Position numbers and translations under genes: made by a program
Notes under the pieces: model-generated
Seen by the model: the letters and a program-made list of their open reading frames with translations, nothing else
The model's database searches: none
What the model was told of the DNA's origin: nothing
Source of the DNA: Cycas panzhihuaensis
Lineage: Eukaryota; Plantae; Cycadophyta
DNA: 64,000 bases
Direction: 5' to 3'
Assembly (NCBI GenBank): GCA_023213395.1
Contig: CM041465.1
Span: forward strand, 176,645,741-176,709,740
Shown here: positions 28,373 to 42,900 of the stretch, piece after piece
How positions within the stretch are numbered: the stretch's first letter is position 1
Layout: every line of letters starts with the position of its first letter

Positions 28373-29299
28373 GCTAGTAACTTCTACCCCTACTCTTGCT
28401 CAGACTACTTACATCTTTAAGAATAGTGTTATATTGAGATTGTCCAAACCATAACCCTATCCAAGGGTAACTTTATATATTTCCTTTATTTTTAATAGTG
28501 GCTATGTCTATTCTTGGCTCAACTATACTATGATTTATTCCTTGATCTCACTTTGTCTCTCTAGTCTAGCTAACCCTGAGACTTTATTCTTCCATTGCCT
28601 AGCCTACTAGGGCTTAGGCAAATCCTACCATACTATTAATACCCTATAATATACCCTAATCTTTTATAGCTTGGGGAATTTGTAATATTATTTTATAGCC
28701 TAATTAGGTTGTGTCTCAACCTAGTCCAACTCCTTATGTCCTACCTTATTATGTGCCCTAGAAATTGAGACGTATTAGGATCTAGCTATATACCATTTAT
28801 AATATAGATCTTCTCCACCCTTATAGGGTTGCCCCTCTATTAGGATCCCTATATTAGTAAAATTTACTTCCTTACCTTCCACCCTATAGTATCCCTTATT
28901 ACCTAAGGGTATCAATTTAGGGCTATTAGCCCTAACCTACTCCTCTAAATATAGTCATTCCCCTAGGGTATTCTCATATAAGGAAGAGTCCCACTCCTTA
29001 CCCAAAATGCCACCAACCTATGGTAAATTACTTCTCAACCAATTCCTCCTCAACTAGTTCGACAACCTTCTACTTAAGTATATCCTTATGGTATCCATAG
29101 TTATAGAGGAATTAGGCCTTATGTGGTAACCCCAATCCTAGTTAAGGGCATCTCCCAATTAACTCAAGTTATTCCTATCCTATCTTACTAGACCTATTAG
29201 TAAGGGCATCTTTCATATAATGGTGTCCAATGTCAAATGGCCCATGAACCATAAAATAAAGTTATAGACCCACTTCTCCAGCCTAGGATGCATTTATTT

Positions 29300-31900
29300 T
29301 GGACTATCAAACCAGTCTAATGTTCCTTAAGGTGCTTAGGACTAACCTTCTATCACATCCCCCCAAGGTCCTAAAGTTCAAGGGGAATTCCAACAAAGAC
29401 TTGATTGATCATATTAAGGTTTTTGCCTTGGAATTTATCAACTTCTATCCATATGACTATATTATGATAAAAATTTCCTATGATCACTCTATGGGGATGC
29501 CCTTAAGTGGTTCTATCACTAATTTTCCTATTTTATTCATACCTTCCAATAACTAGTCGATTGGTTATTAACTATTTTGGCATATTAAAACCCTTTGAGA
29601 GTGGTGTCAAAGATCTGCTCTCTTTGAAATTAGGCCCTAATGAGCTCAATCAAGATTTTATTAAGTATTTCTATAATCTATTGCACTATAAGTCCATGTT
29701 GCCTAAGTAATTGAAGAAGGATATCTTCATTAGTGCCCTCCATCTCAAAGTCCATGTCGAAGTGCTCAAAATGGAGACTACTACCTATGAAAATATGGTT
29801 TCTAAATTTCTTATATTGGAATCCATTAAGATATAGGTAAGCATGAAGAAATTGACCAAGCACATCTTGTAGCATGAGATACCAAACCAACTTAGAGATC
29901 CCAAACCCTAGACTAGAACCCCTAATAAGATAATGGACTTATTTGACTTTGTTATCCATTCATTTAAGTAAGTAATACAAGATCTTAAACCTTAATCTAG
30001 ACTTATCAAAAGGTAAGGGCAACCACAACATGGTCTATATGACCCTAGGCTAGTCCACTAAGGTGTTTAATACCCTCCTCTATAAAAGAATAATAAATGA
30101 GATTCTTTGTTGGTAGAAATGAAGTTGTGTTATATTCATAAGAGTGGTGGCTAGAAGGATGTAAAGTATTAGTCACAACACTTGAGATAGCCCCCCCATA
30201 AGGGCCTCCTAGCTAACTAAATTTTAGGCCTAATTTAGGGTAATTTGTTCATAAGGATCTTTTTCCTAACCATGATGATCCATAATCCCAAGAATAAAGG
30301 ATAAGAGAAAGGTCCAACAACCCTACTATAAAGCTTCTAAATAGTCCTTAAGATCCCTATAGAAGTAAGAACTATCCTCATCCAAGTCTTAGGCTCAAAA
30401 AGATGAAGGGACAAAGGAATTAACCCAACACTATAATATGAAGGGGAAGAAAGTTATCTAGATTCTTAAAACTTACTGTATATTTGGTTCCACTTGAGTG
30501 AAACCTACTAAGGTTGAGGGTGCTTCCATATTTAATCCTCCACCCACTAAGGTCCCAATACTTCTAAGGACTATTCCCGTTTGACTAGGTTAATATAACA
30601 TGAGGAGGGTGCTCCCCTAGCCTATAACTAAATGGAAGACCTTCTCTATTATTAAATAACTCCATTCTATCTCTATATCCATCCCATGATTCACATCCTT
30701 AGAAGTTGAACTAGTAAGAGGCAACTAATTTTAGAAGCCTTTAAACCAGAAGAGGTCAATTCAATTTATATATGACCATTAGCAAGATCTCTTATCACCT
30801 TTGTACTTAAAGGTCTTCCCCCCTAAGGATGAGAGAGTTAACAAGATACTCTTTCCTTTTTTCATTATAACAGAAAACTCGTATTTTATCTTAGGAATAA
30901 TGGTAATTAATTTAGGGCCTATTGTTAATGTTATACCTATAAAAATACTCCAAGAGCTAGATATTAAGTGCTCTTAAGTTGGTCTTTTAGAAATGTTAGG
31001 GATACCATGTCATCCTAAAGTCTCCTCTAGGGAGTGTCACCATTCCATTAGCATTAGAGGATAAGACTATCCTTACTGAGATTACCATCCATCATGTCAA
31101 GGTAAACTATAACCTACTTCTAGAGAGGCTATAGATAAATTAAATAGGGGTTGTATACTCTATCTTTTGGGGTTAGTTAAAGTTCATCCATGAGGGATAA
31201 GTTTATATGGTGTGATATAAGGATTAGGATTATCATAATCCCCAACTTATTATATGGGTTATCTATGAGGAGGAAGAGAGGCCTAACCTTTCATTTAAGG
31301 ATGAAGGGCTAGGGTTTGACTAAGACTTAACCACTTTAGAGTTAGGTATGATTTTTTTAATGGCCATAGGAGTTAGCCACTATAACCATATAGTTGTATT
31401 AAGTGACCTAGAATTTGATGATGAGAAACTATAGGTGCATAGAGTATACATAATTAGGAGAGCCTAGGAGTATTTTAACCCCATAGGTAATGTAGCTTCC
31501 ATTATACCCCATCCCCTTCCCCCTCAATCTATAACCTAGATTTTAACTTTTTATTATTATATAGTAAGTTAGTTATTTATGATCTATTTCTAGACTTATC
31601 TTGAGACACCCATATACTACCCTCACCTCAAACCCATTTTCATGAGGACCTTCCTTTTGTGGGGAAGAGGTAAAGGCACATTACAACTCATTGAAGGTTT
31701 CTTCTAAGTTTTTTTATTAGTTAACTAATAATAGTCATGACACTTTTCCTTAGGGTTAAACTACAGTCAAGTCCATATAGTACATATATTAATTTAAGAA
31801 TGATAAGGCCCTCCTCAAATACCTAGTTAGAGCCATATTAAACCACCCACCCTCCCAAACCACCAAACATTAGGGTTTTATATATAACTAACCCTAGGCT
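29300..31900 (+). pseudogene. Element I gag-protease remnant
   Basis: PPKVLKFKGNSNKDLIDHIKVF, LVINYFGILKPFESGVKDLLSLK (parallel to the H gag) and YNLLLERL*I (protease C-terminus). Confidence 0.75.
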
Positions 31901-32007
31901 CTCCTATAACCAACATTCACTCAAGAAAAGATAGTTAAAACCCATCCATTAAACAAACCCCTTATAAGGGCTTTATTAGGACCTTGCTATTTAATTAATC
32001 AAGAATA

Positions 32008-32100
32008 GACTAAGGCACTGACCATTGATAGATCAAGGCAGCAACCATGGATAGATCAAGGCATTGATCATAGAAATACCAAGGTACCAACAATGAGTAA
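32008..32100. repeat. ~23-bp tandem repeat, 4 degenerate copies
   Basis: GACTAAGGCACTGACCATTGATA / GATCAAGGCAGCAACCATGGATA / GATCAAGGCATTGATCATAGAAA / TACCAAGGTACCAACAATGAGTA. Confidence 0.75.
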
Positions 32101-32119
32101 AGCATAATTTCAAGAGATA

Positions 32120-34606
32120 TGTAATGTATAATTTTACTTTCTAGTTTGTTCATCCTATGTAAGGTGTATGCTTATTTATATAACCCAAGGTATAGGGATG
32201 AACCATTTAATCTTTGAGGTTAATTTATCCATCCCATATAAGGTGTATATTTATTTATGTAATACTAGGTATGGGGATGTACCATTCTAAACTATTAGTT
32301 TAATAGGTAGAATAGTGAATAGGTTTTAGTTTATTTGGACTTAAAACTATCAATATCATTTGATATAGATTTAATCTTTTATTTGTTACTTCTATAATAT
32401 AAAAGTAGCAAGATTACTTTAGAAGAATAGTATAGATTGGGGAGCATATGATATGAATGAGGGAAGTGTAGATGATAGACTTAGAATTCTACAAGATTTC
32501 TTTGCAATATAACATATAGTTAATTAGTGTATTGAGTTTTTTTAGCAAAAGACATCACATAATTTCATAAATAAGTGAGCAAGTAAGACTCTTAAGTCAT
32601 CTAAGTTAAAAGTTATAGAACATAAGATAATGAATGAAGGGGCACCTTACCATTTTATAAATGAGCAGTTAAGAGATAAATATAAAGGAACAACCTTCAC
32701 ATCTTTGTAAATGGTCTATTGAGCCTAAATATAAATATATAAAGGGCACAAAATGTAGGGAAACTAGGAATTTAAAAACTTGAACCTTGAGCATCCAAGG
32801 GAAGAAGATGAAAATGTATTATTTAGGTATTTATTACCTCTTAGTTATCTTCACTTCATCTTTGGCAAGATTCTTCAAACAAACAAAGACGGTATGGAAA
32901 TATTAAACAAGGTATAATTTTAATCTTTAATAGGGTAGAGTTGCATAGAGTAGAGCATGACCAAGATCTTAAGTAGAGTAGCATTAAGGAGTGGAATGAC
33001 AGGCATGTAGAGGAGTATTGCATTGGATGCACAAAACAACAATGATCTTATTTTATAAAGTAGTATCAAGTGGGTTGTATAGAGTATATTAATATAGTTG
33101 CATAAAGTAGAGCAACATTGAGTTGGTTATATTAAGTAGTTTTGAGTTGCTTTTACAAAATAGTGGAGAGTTAATTCCATAAGGTAAAGAAATTTGGAAA
33201 GATTATTCTATAGTTTAGTTTCATAGAATAAATAATTATTGCATGATTATAATTTGATTCATATTCATAGGGTAGAAAAAAAATTTCATGGTTATTCTTA
33301 GGTTTAATTTGATAGAGTAGACAAGTTCTATTAAAATATACTATAGATTAGTGTTATTAAGCAGAGAAATCTCTTAGGACTTTATCCCCATCTCATATAA
33401 GTGACACATTTAGTAGGTGGAAAGAATGCGTATAATCATTATTGTTTCAATCTCCTTAGATTATCTTAAAGGTTCTAAATTATAGATTAATTTGGAGGGT
33501 TTAGGTTGAGGAGTCCCTATTCCCTAAGGGTTGAGGAATCCCCTATATATATTATCAAGAATTTAGGTTGAGGAGTCCCCACTTCTTATGAGGGTTCAGG
33601 AGTCCCCTCTAGGTATTTTTGTGCAAAAGGGTTGAGAAGTCCCCTCTAGTAATTTTTATGCATAAGGGTTAAGGAATCATATATGGCTATTTTTATACAT
33701 GGGTAAGTCTTATAGGGTATGGATCCATACCCTCATTCTTGGTGAGTGTTCTATGATATTAAACACATATCTCATAGAGATGATAGCCTTATTTTTGGTG
33801 TGTTAGGTGGTATGAAGCACTCAATCCACTGGAATAATAAGCTAGTGTGAACACATATAAGATTACTAGCATGCAATACATGGTATGGGACATGTAGGTC
33901 ACAAAGAGATAGTCCTAAGGCATTGAATTAGGTGTGGCACATATGTGGCATGACATTTTTAGATAGGACCCATAAACTTAAATTACAATAAAAAAAACTA
34001 AGAGCTAGTACAGTAATATATTGATATAACTTTGACTTATTAATGGAGCATTTATAATAAATTCCATATGAATTGATTTATAGTAAAATATATAGACTAG
34101 CTTAGTAGTGAATTATTATTTTGGTATTCTTAGGTAAATAACATAACTTGATATGAAGCCTATAATTTAAAAATAGTTTAGTAAACTTCAATTATTACGA
34201 TAGGTTATAAGCTAAGAGTTGAATGACTTATTAGTACTCGAGTGTTCATACCATATGCTCTAGCTTAAGGGAGCTTTCCTTATTAGGAATGAAAATGGTT
34301 AGGTAGTGAATTTATTTGAAATAATTTGGTTGATTTCCTTTTCTAGCCATGATGAATATGTGTAAGATGTCCTAATATTTTGATAAATGATATCACTTAT
34401 GTAATTTGCATTTGATGAGGTTGAGTTTTAAAATAATTAGGAAACATCACTAATCACTTGAACTAGTAATATCTTTAGGCATATGTGTTTCTATTGTGTA
34501 TGTTAGTATAACTCTAATTTTAACTTATATAGTTCAAGTAGTTTAGTAGATGTTGGCTTAATTGGAGACTCAGGTGAATCATAACTAACCTATTAGGGGC
34601 CATGAT
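32120..34606 (+). repeat. 5' LTR of D (last base displaced to 47293 by the insertion of C)
   Basis: Reconstructed end GGGGCCATGATA resembles a GGGGCCGTGACA LTR terminus. No partner LTR in the window. Confidence 0.65.
33502..33678. repeat. Six copies of core AGGGTTGAGGAGTCCCCT with variable spacers
   Basis: Cores at about 33502, 33527, 33564, 33591, 33628 and 33665. Confidence 0.85.
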
Positions 34607-35023
34607 TAGGATGACTCTTCTAGCAGGTGTTCCTTGATATAATAGAAAAATAACAATTCACAACCACTTTATTCTATAACCAATTAGGATAAATAGATTA
34701 TCAAAGAGTCTCAAAAAAGCACAAGAGCATCAATTAATCACCAAATAAAGAGTATCATAGTATAATTTTTTACAAAGTAATATTAAACTAACCATATTCT
34801 ATAATTCATGACCCTTATATAGATAAAAGAGGGTCTTTTCCATGCAATATTATTAGTGACCTTGGTGGCCTTACATTCTATGGATAACACAATCGCCTTG
34901 CATTCCATTAGTCAACTTATCAGCCCATACACCAAGTTCCCTAACTAACCTTATCCCTTAACCTTATGGTATCCCTCTACGTATTAGTGTTTTACATAAC
35001 TTAGTAAGATGAGTTATGTAATA
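34607..35023 (-). repeat. 3' LTR of C
   Basis: Collinear with 46872-47287. Confidence 0.92.
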
Positions 35024-35039
35024 AATCCCCTTCCCTAAG

Positions 35040-38000
35040 ATGTTGAGTCCTTAAGGCATTTAAGGTGTAGGTGCTTCTTGATAAAATTATCAAATTCCCA
35101 AGTTGCTTCATCTAAGGTGCAGCCTGCCCATTATATTAAATATTCTAAAATTGACTAGTTTTGGAAATGGTATTTATCTGCTAGCTAGTATACATTTTAG
35201 AGGTATGGTCAGGGATTTCTCTTCATCTAAAATTAGTAGGGTTGTTTAGGGAACATAGGTTTTGTTGATACACTTTTGGAGATAGGAAATATAAAAAACA
35301 TTATGGATGTTGGTGGTAGGGGAAAGGTTGAGGGTATATGTAACTTCACCAATACATTTGAGGACTTTGTAGGGACCATAATACTAAGGGCTAAGTTTGG
35401 AGTTCTTATGGTAGTGAAGAGATTATTGATTATAATGTTGTAGATGAAGGAATATAGAATCACGAATGTTAAAGGCGTGATCAAAATAATGGTGGTCTAC
35501 TAATTATTTCATTTGATTCTAGGCCATGGATAGGTTTTATTTGAGGGCATGGAGAATTTGATCCATATGCTATAATTTTTGTTGTACTATAATTGTGTAG
35601 AGGTTGGTGGTCAAGGTGTGATAGGAAGTTAGAGGATATTCATAGAGGGCTAAAAATGAGGATATTCTAATGGCTAAATGATGTGAGGAGTTGTACCAAT
35701 ACTCAATTAGGACTAGCCATGCTATCTATTTAGACTAGTGGTCAAATGTAAAATAGTGTAAGTAAGTCTCTAAAGTTTTGTTAAGGACTCTAATTAACCA
35801 TTAGTCTATGGATGGTACACTAAGCTTATATTAAATTATGTTCTTAAGGTGCAAAATCACTCTTTCCAGAAGCACCTAACGAATTTAAGATCTTGATCAC
35901 ATATGATAATGGACGGGAAACCATGTAAACAAAATATTATTTGGAGGTAAATTTCGACAATGTGTGGTGCCTTATATATCATGTAGATAGGTAGAAAGTA
36001 GGCATAGTTTTTCAACTTATCTATGACTAATAAAATAAAGTCATACTCAGTATATAACAATAAGTTTGTGATAAAATCCATGGAAATATCTTGCTATTTA
36101 CCTTGTGAGATATGCAAAGGCTAAAGGAGACCTAGTTGTGGCTTCGTATTAGCTTTGTTATGTTGTATGTATCACATTTAAAGACAAAGGTAAGAATAGT
36201 GGATTTCATTAGCAGCCAAAAGAAGTCAGATTATATCCTATAATAAGTTTTGTCAAATTTGGAATAGACACCAAGTGGGGAAGAATGATATTCTAATAAA
36301 ATCTAGGGAATGAAAGTTAAATGGGCATGTATAAAAATATGGTTTTGGTATAAGAGAAGATTATTATGGATGGACAAATCCTTATGAGTATGGATCTTAT
36401 CAACCCAATATGAAAATTTTAGTTGAGATTGGTTAGCCATGGTCAAGTCTTGTATCCATGTCAGTTGTAAGGAAGAGATGGTCTAAATGGTGGGGTCCTA
36501 AATATGATGAGTATTATCATCCAACATAAGGGAGGGTAGTTAGAAGATGGTGTTTACCATAATATTATCTTTTCCCTTTTTATATGTAATTATAAAGCCA
36601 AAATCTTGAAGGTATTCAACCTATTTGACCTACTCTTCTGAGAGGACTAGTTGATCCAATAGGCAATGAAGGTTATGATAATTGACGAGGATAGTAAATT
36701 TAGGACTAAGTATATATTGTCAGCATTTGTTGATAGTATAAAGGATGGCCCATATTTCTTTTTGATAGGTAGATAGTATACACTCATTCTCCTTGAGTTT
36801 TTTACTTTCAAAAGAAATGGGGTGGAAGTCCTATATTAAGATTACATCTAGTCTGAACCTAGAGGCATCACATTCTAGTTGGAATGGGTAAGTAAAGTCA
36901 ACTGATTCCAAAACTGGAGTGGTTATCATGACCTCATTAAGGTGGAGGAAGGCCTTGTTAACCAAGGGATACCATTAAAATGAACCTTTCCTAAGCAGAT
37001 GGGTTAAAGGGGTGATTAAGGTGGCATAATTTTAAACAAACCAATGATAGAATCTAGTAAATCCTAGGAAGGCCTATAATTGGGTAAGAGTTTTAAGGGT
37101 TGGCCAATTGGTGATGACAAAAATTTTACCAGGATTTACTTGAACCCCTATGGATGATATAATGTGACCAAGGTATTATATTTCACATTTCCTAAACTCA
37201 CATTTAGAGAGTTTGGCATTTAACTTATTCTCGACTAGGATTTAGAGAATAGTTTCTAAATGTGGGATGTGAGTAGGTATATTTGAGCTATAGATAAGAA
37301 TATTATTGAAGAAGATGATCATAGATTTTTGTAGGTATGGGAAAAAGGTTTTATTTATGAGCACCTAGAAGGTAGTTGGAACATTACACATGCTAAAGGG
37401 CATGACTTGGAACTCAAAGTGGCCATGGTAGGTTTGGAAGGTTGTTTTGTATTGATCTTTTGGTAGGATAAGGATCTAGTAATATCCTTATTATAGATCG
37501 AGTTTGGTAAAAAGTATGACACCATGGATCTCATCTAGCATGTCATAGATTCATGGCATAGGTAACTTATTTTTTATGGTGATTTTATTTAATACATGAT
37601 AATTGACACAAAGTTGGAAAGAGTTATCCTTTTTGTAAACTAGAATGATGGATGTAGTGTACAAGGTTTTGCTAGGTTGAATAATACCCATGTCTATTAA
37701 TTTCTCAGTGATTTTCTTAATTTTATTATTTTGGAAATATAAGTTCCTAAAGAGTCAAATAATAATTGGGTTGTATAAATTTTGTAACCCAATAGTGTGA
37801 TAATAACCTTGATTGGGTGGGGGGACTAATATGTAGTAGAGAAAATACTAATTAGTAGTAATCTAATACTTGTTGGATATTAGAGTGAATACCTGAGGGG
37901 GCTTGGATATGGTTAAGATGAATCATATATCCTATATTATTATTGAGTTGTCAATGTATTCGGGTGGGATAGATTACTTTGTTGGGGGGTGGACTGCATC

Positions 38001-38650
38001 CCATAAAATTTATGTGAGTAACCCATGTGATCTTTAAACATAATAAATAGGGCTATAGATGAGTTCTTGGTGTTATAGGTTCCTAGTGTCTAGATCCACT
38101 ATACACAAAGAACTACATCTAACCCACCTATAGACAAGATATAAAAATCAAAGATAAGGGTATAAGAGGCAATGTAATTAGTGAGGTTTTTAATTATCCC
38201 TACATAGTAAAGGGTATGATGACTAGGTAAGGAGTAAGTGAAGTTCATCTTAGGTTCTATATAAAGATTTAATTGTCAGGTGATGGATATAGTAATGAAA
38301 TTTAGTGACACACCACCATTAATCAAAATGGTGATTAAGATTTTTTGAAGTGTTCATTTGACCTGGAGTGGTTGTAAGATCTTCATATTGCTCAAAGAAA
38401 TGGGTAGAGAAGTAGTTCCAAGATTGACTAGAGGGGTACTCCCACTTCCACCATCAGAACCAATGGTGTACCTTTCTATCTAAATGGATGGAGATAAATG
38501 TAAGTTGTTTATTAACTAACATTAGGTTGAGTATAAAATAGGACTCGAATTTATTGATCCAACTTTATACAATGTACTTGTTGAGGTCTGGAGCAAATGT
38601 GGGGATGTTGATCTTATAGTCAAATGGGTGTTGATGACATGAAGGCAAAG
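35040..38650 (-). pseudogene. C gag (N-terminal half)-protease-RT-RH-integrase-chromodomain remnant
   Basis: ILINGGVSLNFI (protease ~38320), TYHGHFEFQVMPF (RT), integrase MDFITNL...IICDQDLKF (ORF 35857-36081) and the chromodomain. Confidence 0.9.
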
Positions 38651-39945
38651 TTAGTATTTGTTGTAGTATGGGGCTAACTAAAGTAGAGGTGCTTAGTAAC
38701 TAGGCAAATATGTTGGACATCTACTACATTATCTAGTTTATATTAGACTTGGATATAAGAGTTGACATATTTGTTCTAACTTCATGATGTATAGTAACTA
38801 CTTCATTTTTAATCTATTAATGCATGGCAATTAGCTCTTACCAAACTTCTTACTGAAAGTTGGTGACTTAGATCTTGAGTGAAAAGAGTTTATCAATATT
38901 ACATGGAGGAACCATGACAAATAGAGAAAGGATGTAAAGAGGTGGGAATATATAGAAAGAAGGGGAAATGTACGAAGTAGGAAAGCTCAAGAAAGAATGG
39001 GATGTAAGAACTAGGGAGTTGTTACAAGGAAGAGAAGGGGGCAAATAGAGGAATGTGGGGTGTTTATAGCCTGTTGAGCCCAAAAATTACATAAATAAGA
39101 TATTTGGCCCACTTGGATAAGTGCAAAATACTCATTCAAATGGAGTATATAAGTTTTAAGAGTGAGTATGAGGTGATAGGGCCCATTGGTAACCTAGGTA
39201 CTGAAAAGTATGAAAATAGTATGCAAGAATTAATCCAGTGTAAAATGACCAATATAACATGATGATCAAAATAGGGTATATGAGTTATAGTGGTAGTTTT
39301 GGTGTGTGAACTTATATTATTAAGCGTGACTAATGTATATGAGTTTATGGCAATTTTTTTAATATTCTTTTTTTTTTCTTTTTCCATTTTTCTTTCTCTT
39401 TTTTTTTTCCTCTTTTTTTCTCCCCCTTAAGTTTAACTACACTAGTTATTTATAAATTCAAGTAGTATTATAGAAATAGAGCATGTGAAGCAAGGTGTAA
39501 GTAATTAAAGGTATCCCACCAACCACTAGACAAGGTATGCTTAGTCTTATAGGCCTACCAATAAACTTCTAATGCAAAAGTTCAAGGTAGGTAGCTTCAT
39601 AGTTCTAACCTCTAATCATTATATAACAAGACTTTAGTATCCAGTAGTTTTTCTATGTTAAGAAGGATTTGGAACCTATAAGGATCCTTCTATATACCCA
39701 AAGATATGTGGAGTCACAATTCTATAACTAGGTTCTATTTAGGGCTCGGTTCAGGAGTGTTATCCCTAGTCCTTCACACAAGGGGTGGAAAATCCATAAT
39801 ACACTTAGCCAGAATGATAGATCCTTATGATTTTAAAGACCTCTAATATAGGGTCTCTACCTAACTACTTAGGTAGCTACCAAGCAGTGTTATCTACCTA
39901 AGAAAGTATTAAAACTTATCTAAGATCTAAAATACTATGTGCATC

Positions 39946-42900
39946 TATTGAAATACAAAACAAAGTTATTGAAATAATGAAATATCAAACACACAATAGT
40001 AGAACTTAGATGTGTAAAGGTTCACAGGTAAATTAGTCACTCTATGAGGATCTAATCTAGAAGAGCTTCCATATTAATAATAATCTAATATACAAATGAA
40101 TTAGGCAGGGCTTAATTTATAAGTATCCCACCAAAATTTACATCAATATCATTGGTTCACTTAATGATGCATATGATAAACTCAACATAATTACATAATA
40201 TAACTAAATTTATAACAAGGATCACCTATAGTATATAATATTCATATAATATACCCAAATTACATAGAAATGAGGGTGACATTATAATATTTTAACACCC
40301 TCCCTTAATGGTAGCTTCATTTCTTTTAATGTTAAGGTCATGTCAAAACTATTCAAACTTTGGTTTACCAAGTACTTTGATGAAGATGTCTACAACTTGG
40401 TCCTTAGTTGGTTGATAAATAAGATCAACTTTTTTTATTTAAACATGCTCATGGATTAAGTGATGATGGACCTCAATATACTTAATTCTAGCATGGAAAA
40501 CTTGATTCTTCGTCATCTTCAACACTCATAATAGAGAATGGTGGGTGCATGTTGTTAAAGTCCAAGCTCGGTGAGAATCTTTCTAAACAAAATCAACTCT
40601 ATTATGGCATGAGTAACTACTTTGTATTCTACTTTGGTGAAGGAAAGGGCAATATTTAGTTACTTCCTATATATCTAAGAGATTGTAGTTAAATCTATAT
40701 CAAAATAATATCTTGAAGTTAAGTGGCCAGTGTCCTAGCAACTTGCCTAATCAGCATCCATGTATCCCTTTAGGATAAGAGAGTTAGTTTGGTTATATTT
40801 AAGACTAAACTAATATGTGCCATAAATGTTTTTAAGAATCCTAGTTGTAGTTTTCTAATGGAATACCTTAGGCTATGACATGTACTTGGAACAGATCCTA
40901 ACTACATAGGAGATGTACGATCGAGTGTGGGTGAGATAAATAAGGCTCCTAACTAACTGCTAGTATAGAGTGGGATCAAATAGATTTCCTTACTCATCCA
41001 TATTTAACTTGGTTCTTATTTTCATAAGAATTAGTGTTGGGTTAGAATTTGTCATCCTAAATCTTTGCAAAAGCTTATTGGTATATTTTGTTTGAGACAG
41101 GAAGATGTGGCTAAGTTCCTGCCAAGGTTTAATTCCAAGAAAATAATGAAGCAACCCAAGATCTATCATCTCAAAGTTAATTTTTAGTTTTGATTATAGC
41201 TAAGCTATGATTTTTATGTCATTTCCTATGATTACTAGATCATCCTTATAAAGAATAATGATGGTGATCAACTTATCTCTAACCTGAATGTATAGGTCTA
41301 GGTCAAAGGGTAAACAATTGAATCCATGTTGAGTGAGGAAATCATCAATCTTCATGTACCAGATATGTGGTACCTACTTGAGTCTATATAGGGATTTCTT
41401 GAACTTATAAACTAAGTGCCCTTGGCTTGGAACAATATAATTGGGAGGTTGCTTCAAGAAAACCTCTTCTGTGACCTCTCCATTAAGGAAATCGCTCTTC
41501 ACATCCATTTAATAGATTAGCCAATTGAATTAGGCTACTAGTAACATTACCAAATGGAATGTGGTCATGTTGGACACTAGTGCAAAGGTTTCATCATAGT
41601 CTATCCCTTCCTAATATTTGAAACCTTTTGTTATAAGAAGAGATTTGTGATATTAGACGATAACATCTACATAGAATTTGGTTTTGTATAAACATCTATA
41701 ATCAATTACCTTTTTCCTAGGTTATAATTTTGCCAGCTCCTAAGTTTCATTTTTGATAATAGATTTCATCTCTCTATCTATGGTTTCTTTCCACATTTGG
41801 TTTTTGACTACCTCCTTAAATATGGAAGGCTCAGCAGTTTCTAAGACACATGCCATTAGGGTAAAATTAGTGGAGTGTCTCATCTTTGAAGGCCTTTTAA
41901 CAGTTGCGGGAGAAGGAGGAGTATCTTTTAACAATTGTTGAAACCACATAGGAGGTGGTTAAATGCTGATGGCTTCCACCTAAAGGTCATCAATTGAAAT
42001 AAGTTACATAGTTATGCTTATTTCTATTATAGAAGTAGAGGCTTCTAGAATTAATAAAGGACCTACTGTATAGAAGGAGGTTGGTACTGGTGACACCAGA
42101 ATTTGTCCAAGATCCACTTGAGGTGTACCAAATTCATCTACTACTGTAAACTAAATTTGGGATAAATTTAAGTCTTGTATATCTTCTACAAAGATTACGT
42201 CTTAAGTTATATGTGCTTGGTTCCTAATAATTCTAAACTCTTTATAAGCTTTACAACTAGGTATATAGCCAAGGAAGATGCACTTTAGGCTCTTATCATC
42301 AAGCTTCTTTCTGTTCTACTTTGGAATAAGTTTATATTCCATGCATCCATATATCCTCAAGAGTGCAATAGTTGGTTTTATTCTTGACCAAGCTTCCTCA
42401 AGAGTGATGTTTCTAATCGCACCTATGGCACTTATGTTAGTTCGATATATAGTAGTTATAATTACATTAGCCCAAAATCTAGTGGTAAGATTAGTGGTAC
42501 TAAGCATGGATTTTTCTTTATTCACCAATGTCTAGTTTATCCTCTCAGCTACACCATTTTGTTATGGTGTGTGAGGTGCTAAAAATTAGCATTTGATGAT
42601 ATGTTCCTTACAATAAATATTGAATTGATTTGAGATATATTCACTACCATTGTCAAATCTAAGAGCCTCGATTATCATACCACTCTCATTTTTAACTACA
42701 ACTTTGAACTCCTTGAATTTATCTAAGGCTTAGTACTTATTTCTTAGGAAGTAGACCCACACTTTCTTAGAGAAGTCATGCATGAATGTCATGCAATAGA
42801 GGCTTCCATTGAGTGATTATATTGACATGGGCCCATATACATCTGAGTGGACCAACTCCACTGGTTCTGAGGCTCTCCATGTATTCTTAGAAGAGAATTT

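Larger units (their letters stand above)
9085..31970 (+). mobile_element. Degenerate Tat/Ogre-like Gypsy I (5' LTR ~9085-10421, PBS, gag-protease), interrupted by H and broken off near 31970
   Basis: LTR end GGTCA at 10421 followed by PBS TAGTGACCATACTGGGGACT (10428-10447). Internal sequence resumes after H's TSD. Gag (29300-29900), protease (~30890-31200) and the motif FKNDKALLKYLVR (~31790) are homologous to H. The LTR start is tentative. Confidence 0.72.
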
